A DNA stretch of 64,000 bases from Octopus sinensis (GCF_006345805.1 NC_043000.1:100564001-100628000), one strand, 5' to 3'. Numbered from the stretch's first letter, positions 23,440-37,704 are shown. The notes: generated from the sequence alone by a model not told the origin. Program-made: numbers and translations.

Positions 23440-24951
23440 CAGATGGCAAAAAGAGAAACGAACATACAATCCATATATAGTTGAAATTTTCAGAAAAACA
23501 AAATACGAAGATAGGTATATGAACAACAAACAGGTGTATTAGTTTGACGCTCGAGAAAGTGAGAAAGTATTTTACGTTTCGAGCCAAAGCTCTTCAACAG
23601 AAGGGAATAAGAGAAAATAAACAGAGAGGGAATTTAAAAAAACAAACATGTGGATTTAGTGATCAAGCATGGCAACTGGTAGCGAAGAAAAAAGGTTTGA
23701 CAGGTGCGGTAGAAAGAAGGTGAGGTAATAAAATATTGGTGATCCCAAAAAAAGGTGCACCTGCGTGTGTGTATGTGAGAATGTGTATATGCTTGTGTGT
23801 TCATAGGGACTATTGACTTTGACTTGCGGATGTGTGCATGTGTAAGTGTGTGCGTCTGAAAAGTGTGTGTGGATGATGGTGTGTGGGTGTGCGGATAATG
23901 GAGTGTGAGTGTGCAGATGATAGTGTGTAGTGTGGGTGCTGGGAAGTGGTCAGTGCTAGTGGTGTGGTGTGGTGGAGTGGGGTGGGGATGAAAAGGAGGG
24001 CTAGAGTGGTATATGTGGGAATGGGATGTGTGGTGTCAATGAAGAGAGAAGGTGGTAGGAGTGAAGAGAGGAAGTAGGTGTCCGATAAAGAGATGAGAGG
24101 GCTCAGATGAAGAGAGGAGGGGAGGGGAGCCCATTTGGCGCAAGAGAGCAAAGAGATAAGATTCATTCTTGTTCGCGGTGAAGGTGGAAGTCCGGATGGC
24201 CGCTGTGCAAAGACAATCCAAACACAGAGAGGTGTTGTATTGAATGACCGGTAAAGCGGAAATGGCACAAGCCCGGGGTGTCATTGCTGAGCCTGATGTT
24301 TGGGAAGTGCTCCACAAACCGGTCAGCCAAGCGGCATCCCGTTTGACCGTTGTACAGAGAAGGGCAGAAAGAGAAGAGGATGCAGTAAATGACGTTACTA
24401 GAAGTGCAGGTAAAGGGGTCAGTGATACGACGATAGGGAGGATGATGGGTGCCTGTGAGGATGGTGGTTTGGGAGAGGTAGCGGCAAGTGCGAGAGCGTG
24501 TGCGGGAGCAGGGGAACGATCCAGGTTTGGAAATGGGGTCAGGGAAAAAACTGTAGACCAGGAGATCCCGCAGGGTGTGGGCTCGTTTGAAGGAAGGAAG
24601 AGGTAGGTTGGGGAAGATGTGCGAGATGGAGGGGTCGGACTGGAATCACCGGAAGGCTTAGAGAATCGTGCGTTGGAGGGGTAGGGAGAGAAGTGGTAGG
24701 TGAGGGGAAACGGGTGAGGGCAACGGTAGGGTGGTTGCGGGGCGGATGCAGATGGGAGCGGGAAAAGAGAGCAGAGGCACGGTCCACAGAACGTGCTCTG
24801 GCAAGGGCTGTGTGGATAGTGGTGAGGGGATATCCACGACGGATGAAGTGGCGAGCCATGAGTTGTGGTTGCCACTGCAGAGCCTGCGCAAACGGAGGAA
24901 TTGGGAGTAGGGGATGGAGAGCTTGGTTTGGGTAGGGTGGGAGGAGGAGAA
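23440..24951 (-). mobile_element. Penelope-like retroelement 3' half: RT thumb, GIY-YIG endonuclease (frameshifted, ~24951-24125) and 3' UTR/pLTR
   Basis: SSSHPTQTKLSIPYSQFLRLRRLCS; RGYPLTTIHTALARARS; FTCTSSNVIYCI..PSLYNGQTGCRLADRFVEH...GHSIQHL...REQE*I..LAPNGL. Confidence 0.9.
23568..23605 (-). ncRNA. Minimal hammerhead variant in the PLE 3' pLTR (core CTGTTGA)
   Basis: CTGTTGA-A-GAGC-TTTG-GCTC-GAAA-CG-T-A. Stem I is weak. Confidence 0.5.
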
Positions 24952-25557
24952 GTTAAGATATCAAACCAAATTTTTCCCCTTCTACCAGTGCAAAGATACA
25001 ATTTCTATGCAAGAACATTTAAATAAAGAAAATTTATTCATTGAGAAATACAGAATACGTCTAAGTATGCACGCATAACCAACTTTGATCTCTATACATA
25101 TTTTAATTCACGATTACAAACCCATCACAATACATATTTCTCCCTACTACTCTTGCTTTTGAATTTTTGTGTATATTCCCCAACCCCGCCCCATTGAAAG
25201 ATGAGCAATTACCTCTCCTGCCCACACTAATAACGATCACCAATTACCTCTCCTTAGATTTTTCTACTTGTTGAATCTTTCATTCATAAACTCCTCACAC
25301 AACATGGACAAAAAAATTCTTAAGAAATTATGCAATTAAAATATTTTTAATGTCATGTCATGATAAGCGAAAGCAAAACCGATCGACAAACACATTATAA
25401 AATATATTCAAAAATATATTAAAACTATGTAAAGTGTGTGCATTTTCCTTCTTCAATTCTTTAATTTCTTATTTATATTACATTTCACCGCGTGGGGATA
25501 ATAGAATTTCTTCCCTTTCTGCTACTATGTATATATATGTATGTATATATGTATGTA

Positions 25558-25637
<80 letters not shown>

Positions 25638-25662
25638 CATATATACATACATATACATGTAT

Positions 25663-27050
25663 ATAACTTAGAATAACTTAGAAAGGTTTTGACCAGTATT
25701 GGCCCAGGCCATGTCTAACTTACTAGCACCACCTGGCGAAGTCTTTCTATTCAGGATTTGGGCACCAAGGCCCATTCGAGCAGAGAGTTATTGTTTGCGG
25801 AGACATATCCGGGTGTGGGTGGTTTGTCCGGGACTGTTTGAAGGAATTTGTCCAAAAACTTCTTGAATTTTGTGTGGTCAGTTTCTTTTTTGATGTGTCC
25901 TGGTGTAATGTTGAAGAGAGCGGGTCCAATTGAGGTGAAATAGTTGTGCCGTATTGTCGTTATGTGATGCGATTTAGATTTTTGTTGTGGACGGATGGCA
26001 CGTGGTCCAAGCCTTGGATGTATTTTGAAGGTGATGCCAACATCATTCGGACAGTACTGATGGAATATTTTCCACATCATACAGATAATGTAACGTTCAC
26101 GGCGTCGTTGGAGTGAATATAGTTTCAGCTTCTCTAGTCTACCCCAGTAGTCAAGGTCTGATATGCCATCTATCTTTTTTGTGATTGATCTTTGGGGAGC
26201 TTCAATTCTCATAATATCTTGTTTTGTGTAGGGAGACCACAGAGGACAGCAGTATTGTGGGGTCGGGCAAAAGTGGAGAAGAGAAGAATAATAGTGTGGG
26301 AATCTCTCGACTGGAAGGTTCTGAGAATCCAGGAACACATTCTGCGGGCCATGTCAACTTTGCTGCTTATATGTGTAGCCCAGCTTATGTTGTTGTCCAC
26401 TGTTACTCCCAAGTTTCTGATGTTGTTGGACGCCATGAGAATTTCTCCAGAAGGAAGGGAGTATGGGAGTTTCAGAGCGTCCTCCCTTCCAAAGTGGATC
26501 AGTTCGAATTTGTCTTCGTTTAGCAGCATGTTATTCTTTTCCGCCCATTGGACAACAGCCAGTAGGTCTGACTGAAGGCTTATTCGGTCATCCACGCCAT
26601 TGATGACCTTCTGGAGCTTGGAATCATCAGCGAAGGTTCTGATGTTACTGTGTTTGATGGTGTCAGTAATATCATTTATGTAGATAATGAAGAGGAGTGG
26701 GCCCAACACAGTGCCTTGTGGGACACCACTGCTGACTTTGGCTGGGCTGGATTTGACTCCTTCGACTACAACATGTTGGGTTCTGTTAGACAGGAAGCAC
26801 TTGATCCACTGTAGCAGCTTTCCAGTGACACCAATATTGGACAGCTTTCTCAGAAGGATCTTATGATCAACCCTGTCAAAGGCCTTGCTGAAATCAAGGT
26901 AGATGACATCAGTGTTGGAACCCTCTCCATAGGCTCTCAAAATGTCATCAAAAGGATGCAGTAGGTGCGTCAGGCAATCTCTCCCATTACGGAATCCATG
27001 CTGGTTGGAGTTCAGCATATTATGACTCTCAAGGAAGTGAGTCATACGCG
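25663..27050 (-). mobile_element. 5'-truncated CR1-clade LINE: RT plus C-terminal domain (one frameshift region) and a short tandem-repeat tail
   Basis: ORFs 26209-27045 (NQHGFR, YLDFSKAFDRVDH, GVPQGTVLGPLLF, FADD) and 25751-26338. 3' terminal (tctaagttat)2. Confidence 0.93.
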
Positions 27051-27288
27051 ATCTCAGCGTATGTATATATATATATTGGCCTGCTCGCTTAGCCAGCGGG
27101 GTGGCGTCATTCGAAGGCTAAAACAATGCGAACGCATTGTGACCAGCGATGTGTAACAACATCTGATGGTCTGGTCGGTCACGTGATCACGTGATATATA
27201 TATATATGTATATATATGTATATATATGTATATGTGTATATATATATATATAATATATATATATATTATATATATATGTATATATATA

Positions 27289-27329
<41 letters not shown>

Positions 27330-27377
27330 TGTATGCATCTATGTATATTTATGTGTGTATGTATCTATGTATATGTA

Positions 27378-27530
27378 TACGACGGGCTTCTTTCAGTTTT
27401 CGTCTACCAAATCCACTCACAAGGTTTTGGTCGGCCCGAAGCTATAGTAAAAGACACTTGCTCAAGATGCCAAGAAGTGGAACTGAACCCAGAACTATGT
27501 GGTTGGGAAGCAAGCTTCTTATCATACACC
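27378..27530 (-). mobile_element. SINE head fragment (major family)
   Basis: Reverse complement of the SINE head. Confidence 0.8.
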
Positions 27531-28436
27531 CACACTTGTGCCAATATTCATTAATTTTATCCTAAATACAGAGTTGTAAAAAAAAAATGAATATACAAGT
27601 AAAGCCGTGCACCTTTTAGGTAAATACACATAAGATAAAAAGTTTTATAGAGGATAACAAAAGGTAAGCAAACAGTCAGATTAAATTGAACACGCGTGTT
27701 ACTACTACGTATACTATAGCAACGCAAAACTCTGGGATTACATTTTGTACTTTAGATAAGAATAAGAGGAATGGCAGCAGGCTTTTGAAGTGGTTTGTAC
27801 TAATTCGAATAGCAAGGGAAGGGAGATCCTTCGATCTGTTTTATGAAAATAGTGAATAGCTACTGAGACGAAGCAATTAATCAAATGATGTTTATTAAGA
27901 AGAAATATGTTATTCTCTCTCCAACAAAAGCAACCTTCAAAAATATACAACATACATACATACATATTTACATAATACATACTGACGTATATGTATATAT
28001 ACAGATATACATGCATGTATATATGTATAGATGCATCCAAACACACAGACACATACACACACGCACGCACGCACACACAGACACACACACGCACGCGCAT
28101 ATAATCAATAGAGCGACAGAGGTAGTATCAATACCCAAAAGTGAAATATTCACCACTTAAAAGTGGATGTTCCATTAGAACAGACAAATATTGTGAAATT
28201 TACCAAGGGAGAAAACTCTCCTATGGCTATATAGTGTTTGAAAGCACATCATAATTATCACCAGCGGCAGACAATCACCGCTACTTCCACCGCTCGTACT
28301 GCTAGATAAATAACAAACTAACTAAACACTTTCATTCCAACTCAGAGCAGTCGGGAGAAATATTTGCATATTGGGTGAAACTGTTTTACCGACGATTTAG
28401 TAAAAGAAAACATAGTTGCATTTATCTATTTATTAC

Positions 28437-30830
28437 CAGTGGTCTATAGATTGGCTAACTTGCTTTCAATTTTTTCTGAGGTGCTTTGCATGCCTTCTTT
28501 TCTGCAAAGTTATGCGTGACGTGATTGAAATAAATATTTCGAGTGGCAGCCATAACACGAACTTCTGACATGTTTGTTCCGAGAAAGTTCTTTGTCAGCT
28601 GAAGCTTATTGAATGCATATTCTATTGAGACATTAGGAAATTTGAAGTGAATCACATAGATTTGAAACGATGTTTTCCAATATTTTGTTCAGCAAGTCCA
28701 AGGGATTAAGTTGGTACAGTGTATCATAGTTCTCATGCCGATTAATTCGTTTGAAAGTTCTTTGTCATTTATATATCAGCAATGCAAATTTCTGCAACTG
28801 ACATGCACTTTGTAGTCAAACGATTTTCCGATAGTGACAACATGAATGCTAGGAATTTTCTGTGCAGCGTCAAATCTTCTTGTTAGACTACTAATGAGAG
28901 AATCGACAATGTCATAAAAAAAAAGATGTCCGAAATAATGATTCTGCATATGTGTCAGGATCTTTTGTCTGGCTTTCATCATTTAACTGGTTCTCATAAA
29001 AAAAATCTTTCGCGTTCTCTCAATTGCTTTTTAGTTCGATTTCAATGTACAGACTGTTAGCGATATGTATTAATTCTGACAGCTGAATGTCAAATTAATC
29101 TCGCATTTTCTGCAGGTGTTCGATGAAAATTTGAAAGTTGTCCACTTCAACAACAGCAATGACACATCTTGCCAATAATACTATGATAAGGATGTTAATG
29201 GGAGCAAGAATATCGAATCAGATGGTTGACATAACTATGCACCTGGAAGATGACATATTTAATTCTTGTTAACTCACTCGTGGTCATCGTTTCAAATCTC
29301 TGTGCATCAATTCGAATTTCCTAGTGTCTCAGTAGAATATACATTCAACGAACTTCAACGAATAAAGAACTATCTCAGAACAAATACGTCACAAGGCCTC
29401 CCCTCAAATCAGCATTGAATCGTTACTCAGTCGAAATATCTCTTTCAATCATACTACGCATAACTTTGCAGCAAAAGAAAGCATGCAAAGCACTTCTGAA
29501 AAAGTGAAAAGCAAGTTAGCTATTCACTAAACCATTGTCAATAAATAAATAAATAAATAAAAAATAAATAAATAAATAAATGAGAAGGAGGAGCTAATTA
29601 AAGTTTAGGTCATTCTAGAATATCCTACAGGACCAATTTGATACTATTGAGATTTTATACCGATTTCTTAATATCAAATTTAGCTAGAGTCTGAGTAGTT
29701 GACGTACGATGCAATGACTGATATTCTCATTGAATAAGAATTTGCCATGTTGTAGGACTATTGCAGAAAAGGATACTTTCAATAAAAGGTAATTACTTCA
29801 GTGCAGTACTCTGCTGAATCAGTACCACACAAATTTGATGTCATCCACATGGTGAGAAAATAGTGGTGAGAGTTTCATTAAGTATTAAGCTTTGTACTTC
29901 CTTATATGTGACAGTCATATTGGTGTCATTGTTATGACCTAGACCTCTACAATCTTCCAAAAGAATGCTATTTTTCTCAGTGTCTTCTATATCTGGTATA
30001 TAATCACAAAACCTGTTTTTCACAAGTTTTCCAAAGATACAAATCTCTCTTTATTCTTAAACTCACAATCTGTATTTTGAAAGTAGCGTATGATAAATGC
30101 TTTACGTTCAACATATGCGTAATAAGGTGCTGTACGAGCTATTATTGAATAGTATTTTGTGTTTGATCTTTCAGAGGGAATTTCAAAACAAGTTCGGAGC
30201 AAAGTGAAATAAATTAATTTCATGATTCAGCTGACAAATAATGCGCTTGCAACCTTCTTTTGCCTGGCTTTCTTTAACCTCCATGACATGGTTTTCAAGA
30301 ATGGTGTTTCCAGTGAGATAAAAGTTCAACCAATCTAATGTAATTCCCATTTAGAAGAACATCGCTAATCCGACAAGAGTTAGTACAGAATGCTAACCCT
30401 TTTCACCCAAAAATAAAATAAAGCTACAACGTGTTTATGCAGAAAATGTTCCATATATCTGTTTGAATGAATCCTTTGTTCCAGTTGATACATAATTCTC
30501 CGGTAAGAAAATTCTGTCATAGAACTTCCTTTATTTTCGTTGGTCGATCATCCATTCTTTGTTGTCAAAGCTGATGCATTAAGCCTAACTTTTCGAAAGA
30601 AATGACTTTAAAAACAAAATATGACTTGTTTCTTGCTATTCCACAATAGGTAATGTCTCTTAGACTTTTCGCAATCGTAATTCCTCAGTTTAAAACCTGG
30701 AAAAAAGATTGCTGTGGTAAAATGTAGAGGAAAAGATAAAGATCGCAACTCACTACCATTCGGAGTAAAAGAGTATGTAATTTTTGTACAGATTTTCAAT
30801 GTTTTCAGCACTCCACTGTATTAAATTTTT
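28437..30830 (-). mobile_element. Near full-length, decayed hAT transposase (ZMYM1/Tip100-like: ZnF_TTF, DUF4371, catalytic region, dimerisation domain)
   Basis: KRHYLLWNSKKQVIFCF; KYYSII..P..AYVE..FIIRY..ERFV; EDCRGLGHNNDTNM..KEVQSLILNE..IFSPCG; FFYDIVDSLISSLTRRF; FNKLQLTKNFLGTNMS...FNHVTHNFAEKK. Confidence 0.85.
29284..29545 (+). mobile_element. Diverged inverted copy of the same hAT 3' end, lying inside the element
   Basis: Colinear with the reverse complement of ~28425-28672 (catcgtttcaaatc..ttcctagtgtctcagtagaata...gcaagttagc). Confidence 0.75.
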
Positions 30831-31375
30831 AACATGAACTCATTCCTTGTACCTTTGATGCATTCTTACTTTTGCCTTGCTTTTAAGGGAAAAGAATTTT
30901 GTTCGCGTTCAGGTGGGATTTTTTGGTATACTGTAGCTAACTGATTGATGATCAACAATTTTAGTCAAAGGTTTAGATGGAGTCTGTTCTTGAGCAGATA
31001 TTTCAGTTTCTACTTATAAATATTCATTGCTCAGCTTTTTTGGAAGTAATACCGACATCTAGTAACGAGTTTTTTTTTTATCTTTGTGTTCCGGTTCATC
31101 CCTCACGTTTCATTTACCTCGCTTTTGTGCTCTAGACTTTTACATTGATATGATTGAAATATATGAAATACAAAATATGCTTGAAACATACAAAAGTCTC
31201 AGTGAAAAGGATCGCATTAATAAGGATATATTTTATATTTTTAGAATGGTATTATATATTAGATTGACTAGGGGACATCCCTTTATAAATAAAGGATCTT
31301 TTGGGTGTGCATATATCTGCGGATGTCATAATAAAATGCTTCTGTGACAAGTGAGTAAATGCATGATGAATGACG

Positions 31376-31410
<35 letters not shown>

Positions 31411-31727
31411 CAGACAGACAAAGACAGAGAGAAAGGAGCTAGAATTTATGTCCCCCAAAATTATTTCTAACATAAGTTCATGGCGTCAAATTTGATGGAA
31501 AAGGTCAGTCGATCAAATCGAGTTCAGTACTTGACGCTAGTTCTTTGTACAAATCGCAATTGCTCTCATCTTTATTGCGATATCGTAGAACCTCGGGTAG
31601 GTCACGACACAAGCACCAAAACCTCTCTCTTTCTCTCTCTCACACACTCTCTCAACCGTCCTTTTCTTTCTTTATATCTTTCTTACTTTTCTACCTTTCT
31701 TCCTTCTTTCTTTCTTCCTTTCATTCT

Positions 31728-31772
<45 letters not shown>

Positions 31773-33289
31773 TCTCTCTTTCTCTCTCCCTATGTGTTGT
31801 ACTTTAGGTAAACCAATCTGTGAGAGTCTCCAGATTCCCATCATTCTCTAGGCTGAATCCTCAAGTAGCTTTGAATAATACATTACTATTTGCTGTTTAG
31901 AGTGGCAGTTAGTTGTTGTTGCCTTATAGTACGTTTTTACAGTTAAATAAGTTGTTTTATAGTACCTTTTGCAGTTGTTGCCTTATAAGAACACTGAATT
32001 TGACAAACTAGAAAAAGTCTCTCTGTCCCTCTCTCTGTCTCTGCCTGTCTGTCTGTCTCTGTCTGTCTCTGTCTCTCTCTGTCTCTCTCTGTCTCTCTCT
32101 GTCTCTACGTATCATCACTCGATCAGCCAGCTAGAAATAGGAGCAAAATATCCATCATATCACACCCTACTGTCTTAGAAAAGGACACGTTAAATAATGT
32201 GGACATGGATTCATTGCACATAAGAAAAATATGAGATGGTCGTAATTGGAAGGCCTTTGATCATAGGTGTCTTCGATCAGAGTTTACCTGGGGTTAAACA
32301 ATAAAATCAATAACAGCAACAGCAACAACAACTTTATACTACTAATAAAAGATAATATTTAATCATTTCAATTAATTTTTTAAACCAAATTTTGATAAAA
32401 CATTATAAAACCGTTTTTTTTTTTTCAATATGTCTCTGAAATCATTCGCAGCAAAAGAAGAAAAATATGTAATTAACTGGTTACAATGAAAGAAAATATT
32501 GAAAAAAAAAATTAATGAAATTTCAAATATTTGGAACTAATATTTGCGACATCACCCGAGAAGAAAATTAATAACGAAAATGAATCATATAAACTTCATT
32601 TATAGCAAAAATTTCTTGTTTAAACTTTACGTTTTCCTTCATTTAAAATTAAATTATTTCAAACTACTCTAAGGTAATCAGTTGACCTGCTAGAAATAGC
32701 AGCTAATTCTTTAAATCACGCCTTCTAATGGCTTTCGAAAAAGGGAAGGATATACTGAGTAACAGTGCTCTAAATACCCTTTAAAATGATGGGATGGTCA
32801 TAGTTGGAATAACCTCAATAATTGTGCTGTTTAAAATTATCCTGTACCAGGTCAATGTTAGACAACAGTACCAACTCTTTCAGTGTCAGCAGCAGTTATA
32901 ACTGCAGAAACAACAACGATAAAGTGCTGAACAATAAATAGTTTGTTCGCTGAAATTATAAACAAAGCCACTGTATTATTTAGGCATAAAGGCGCGGTTA
33001 CTTCTGGCTGACGAAATACATGTTGAAACACCGGTGTCCTAGAATCCCTTGCACAAATGAGCCAAATGCGTTTTGAACACATTGTCACTATCAAAAGGAA
33101 AAGCTGTTCTCTTGTGATGTATATACAGCGACTAGAATATTTGTGTTCGAATCTACTGGAATGTATCAAGAATAAATACGTAAATCAAGATCTCGCTGTG
33201 AACAGCGCAAGTAACGAATCTTTTAGCAATGAATTTACGTAGTAAATTAATACTTTAAGCGAGGAATCTATTTACTAAATCAATAAAAA

Positions 33290-33540
33290 TACAGGAAACC
33301 AGCAAAATCGAACCGAACGTAGCCGAACTGAGCCGAACCGAATCGAACCAAGCCGAACAGAAACAAGATGTAGTGAACTTAATTAAATCAAGCCGAAATG
33401 ATCTGAAATGAGCTGAACGGAACGGATCCAAAAGGAGATGGGCTTGGCCGAGCTAGGTCAAAAAAAGACGAGCCGAAAAGAAATGAGTCGAACTCATCTG
33501 AACCGAACTAAGCTGAAACAGAATTGAATCTGGTCGGGGC
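33290..33540. repeat. Degenerate pentamer array (CCGAA/CTGAA/CTGAG-type units)
   Basis: aaccgaaccgaacgtagccgaactgagccgaaccgaatcgaaccaagccgaac... Confidence 0.8.
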
Positions 33541-36060
33541 AAAATGGTCCGAGAGATCACTGGTTCGTCTTTTGTGCCAAGCACAGCATTGCGTCTGTGG
33601 CGCAGACAACTTAAATCGCTAACAGTCCTGTTCAGCTGCCTATCAATAGGTTCAGAGGGTGAAAGGAAGTGGCTATTGCGAGCAGTGGTAGCATTGTGGA
33701 AACTGCGAGTGATTCGTGAGCTTCCTGCGTCTCGTTCAAGCTCTCATGATCGTGTGAAGAACGAATACAAGATTTATTCTGCCTTTTCTTCCATTCATAT
33801 ACTGCGAGAACAATTGCGGCTTTTTCATCGGAGACAGTATCGGACAGATTGCTTTGAGGTAATTGTTCTGGCTTACTTTGTGCTGAGTTCAAATCTCGCT
33901 GAGGTCAACTTCGCATTTCATCTTTTCGGGGGAGATAAATAAAGCACCAATCCTGTACTGAAAGTCAGTTCTTCTCTTTCTCTTACCCTTTCTCGTTGTC
34001 TGCTTGACAATCTGTAAGTGGAACAATATCAATATGGAAGGCTAAGTTCTAAAGTTCAACTGTTATCATTTTTGTTATCTGAGTTCTAGTGATGTAGCTT
34101 TTATTTCTTTGACAGAAACAACTATTTCATTCAAAGAAAATTTTTTACACATACATTTATACGGACGTGTATACATATCAGCCTGTAATTATGATCCATA
34201 ATTCACTATAATAAACCACACGATATTGACTTTTCCCCATATAACCCATAACTAAGTGATTTAGCACAACTTTAGCATAGAATATAAATCAAGTGCATTT
34301 GTCAGCTGTTGCTTTTTATTGGGTTTTTTAAATGGTTGTTGACTGGAATTTTACTCATAAAATGCACAGATGTAACCTTTTGAAGTGAGATGTTATACCC
34401 TTATCGATACGCCGTACCAGACTTTCTTTTATTGGTTTGATCTGTGGAGAAAAGATTGTGCCCATGACTTTTGCAAGCCATCCGCTTGCAGATTAAAGGT
34501 AAACCTTTGTTTAATGCCAGTTCCTCAAAGTAGTTTTTTTTCCAATAACAAAACATTCTTCTCGAAGTTTTGAGTTCGTGTTTTGAAGCTATAAAATTCT
34601 CCGCAATAGCTTGAGATAAATAAATTTCACTTCATTTAATTCAATTCGTGTACAATGTAGTTTATTTACGCTGTGAGCTCATTATTCCCCATAACCTGAC
34701 AATGGTATCTTAATATTCAACATTAAGGCACTGACCTTGTTGTTTACTTGATAGACGTGTTATCTACTTCATTTGTTACATTAATTATTTCATTAGTATA
34801 TTCACAGTAGGTATCTTTCAAAATGATAAGGGCTGTATACAAGCAGAAATCGATTGTCCAGTGTATGTTGTCACATAATATGTGATTGTCCTCAGCGATA
34901 TCATCGATAATTTTTAACAATGATATTGTTTTTATACGTTTCCCTATTCTCCTCAAAGATCGTCTCTTGTTTACTGATCGCTGAGAAAAACTGGACAAAT
35001 TATTTTCAAAGTGTATTTTTGAATTACCTTTAGGCAATAAATATTTTACAGACATTTCTGTCCCAGTTTCGTACATAGATAGGATCTATTTTTTTTTATT
35101 CGCAAAATTTGCATTTTTTAAAAGACAGTAAAAATCTGAAAATCAGCTATAATAACGTAGCCTTCCAGTCTCATTATTTTGAAGGCATGATGTTGTGGAG
35201 AAAAAAAAATGAAGAAAAAAGTTACAGAGGTTTAGAAAGCGAAAACACTGTAAAATTTCGGCCAATAGCGAGACAGAAATTTCCTGCGTTTAGTGGAGCG
35301 GGGTCAACTTTAAGGTTGTACCCTGTGAAATTTAGAGTTTAGCGTTTGACCTGTTTATTGTAGGTTTCTAAATAAGCAGGAATACCTAATAAAATCAACA
35401 TGTATCATCTAACTGTTCGTTTGTCTTTTCATTGATTGTACGGTTTTATTATTTTTTTAAATTTGTTATATTAATATATTTGTCTGCACATGTTTACTTT
35501 ATGCGTATTTCAGTATTATGTATACCTGTCATGAATTTGTGCACATCATTAACATATAAATGCATGTGGATGTATGTATTCATATATAAGTTTATATGTA
35601 CATTTGTGCATTCATGTTTGTGTGTGTGTGCGTGAACGGGGCTTCTGTCTCCAAAACTCCAAAGTTGGGTAGCGTTTGCATGCTTGGATTTGTAAACTAT
35701 GATAAGAACAACACTGGTCAACAAAGAATTCGTCCCAAGGAATGCATGCAGAATTCAAAAATAATCTGTATCACCCACAGTTTCTCTGTTCCACGACATA
35801 CCTCTCAGTTCCTGTTATGTGGGCTAAATTTCAGTTAAGCTGTTGAAATGTGAAGCTAACGGTTTAATAAATACTCCTAATTAAAAATTTTATGAACAGA
35901 GTTAACATTGTTAAATCATAAATCCAGCTATCTGAGTCAATGAGACCCCAAAATATATGAAATGAAAAATATGTAAAAATGCTTTCACCCAGAAGCACAG
36001 AAAAATATGTAATATACTAACACAGAGAAAAAATAAAACAAAACACGCGTGTGAAAAATA

Positions 36061-36235
36061 GAGAAATTTGGGTAATTTTAGCCAATCTCGTGGTGTGAAG
36101 AATCAAGTGTGAAAAATCAACACAGACAACAGCGGCACAGACAACAGTGACCCACAACACAGCGTGTGGTTGTCATGGTAAGAAGCTGCTAATGCCACGC
36201 TGTCTGTTGATTGGCTAAAATTACCGAAATTTCTC
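36061..36235. mobile_element. MITE-like element with 27-bp inverted repeats
   Basis: GAGAAATTTGGGTAATTTTAGCCAATC / GATTGGCTAAAATTACCGAAATTTCTC, 26 of 27 matching. Confidence 0.6.
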
Positions 36236-36602
36236 AACTTTAATTCTAAATAACATCAGATTCTTTAATTTACGAGATAGAGTAGTTGGTTGATCGTAGT
36301 CAAAATTCAGAGTTGCATCGATACACCAAAATTGAAAACAATCTGAGCAAAATTAAGTGACGATCATTTTGCGAATGAGGGAGACTAAATCCCATAGGTA
36401 TATGAAAGTTGGATGGTGAAGAAGATAGTGCTGAGTCCATTATATATGCTCATTTCTTGTCATTCTCTTCTGTGCCTTCAAAAACTCGGCTAATTTTACA
36501 AGAAATTTAAATTTAGTTGCCATTTGTATCATTTTCGAACAACAAAAGATGTCAGCTTTTGAAGCTGTTTGATTTGTATACGTGTGTGTGTGAATATGTA
36601 CG

Positions 36603-36640
<38 letters not shown>

Positions 36641-37163
36641 TGTAAGATCCAGAGGTCGAGGTGTAGGAAGAAAGTTAGCTTCGTGCAATCCGTAGTAAAT
36701 ATAAGAAACAACTTTCAGGAACAAAGGTGGTTTATTGATACGGAATGTTGCGGATTATTTTTCTTTATAGAAGAACGAGGAGCAGAAAATGTTCTTTTTA
36801 TATTCCACGGACTGTCCGACGAACGGGAACGTGAAACTCTGAGTAACAGCTTTTGTTATATTTCTGCTGCTTTTAAATAAAGTATATATGCATAAATATA
36901 AATTTATATAAATAAGGATAAGATCGTTATTTAAAATACTGATCATATCAAGTGGCTAGCATGGGAATAAAAAACTCATAGGTAATAATTATTATTAGAA
37001 TTATAATTAAGGGTATCTAAATGATACCATCATGATAGATATAGTAGTCAAAACTTAACTCTAAGACCACATCAAATATTCAAATATTTTATGTGGTCTT
37101 AGAGTCAATTTTTGACTGCTATATCTAGCATGATAGTATCTGTTAGATGCCGATGCCCTTAAT

Positions 37164-37235
<72 letters not shown>

Positions 37236-37239
37236 TATA

Positions 37240-37636
37240 TAGGCGCAGGAGTGGCTGTGTGGTAAGTAGCTTGCTAACCAACCACATGGTTCCGGGTTCA
37301 GTCCCACTGCGTGGCATCTTGGGCAAGTGTCTTCTGCTATGGCCCCGGGCCGACCAATGCCTTGTGAGTGGATTTGGTAGACGGAAACTGAAAGAAGCCT
37401 GTCGTGTATATGTATATATATGTATGTGTGTGTGTGTGCTTGTGTGTCTGTGTTTGTCCCCCCTAGCATTACTTGACAGCCGATGCTGGTGTGTTTACGT
37501 CCCCGTAACTTAGCGGTTCGGCAAAGGAGACCGATAGAATAAGTACTGGGATTGCAAAGAATGAGTCCCGGGGTCGATTTGCTCGACTAAAGGCGGTGCT
37601 CCAGCATGGCCGCAGTCAAATGACTGAAACAAGTAA
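37240..37636 (+). mobile_element. Full-length tRNA-derived SINE (major family)
   Basis: Head aggcgcaggagtggctgtgtggtaag, B-box gggttcagtccc, internal microsatellite and tail tgactgaaacaagtaaaaga. Confidence 0.9.
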
Positions 37637-37656
37637 AAGAGTAAAAGAGTAAAAGA

Positions 37657-37704
<48 letters not shown>

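Noticed and set aside
31480-31600. ATG-initiated frame ending at a GTAGGT donor
   Set aside because: No homology or other supporting exon, so this is within chance expectation.
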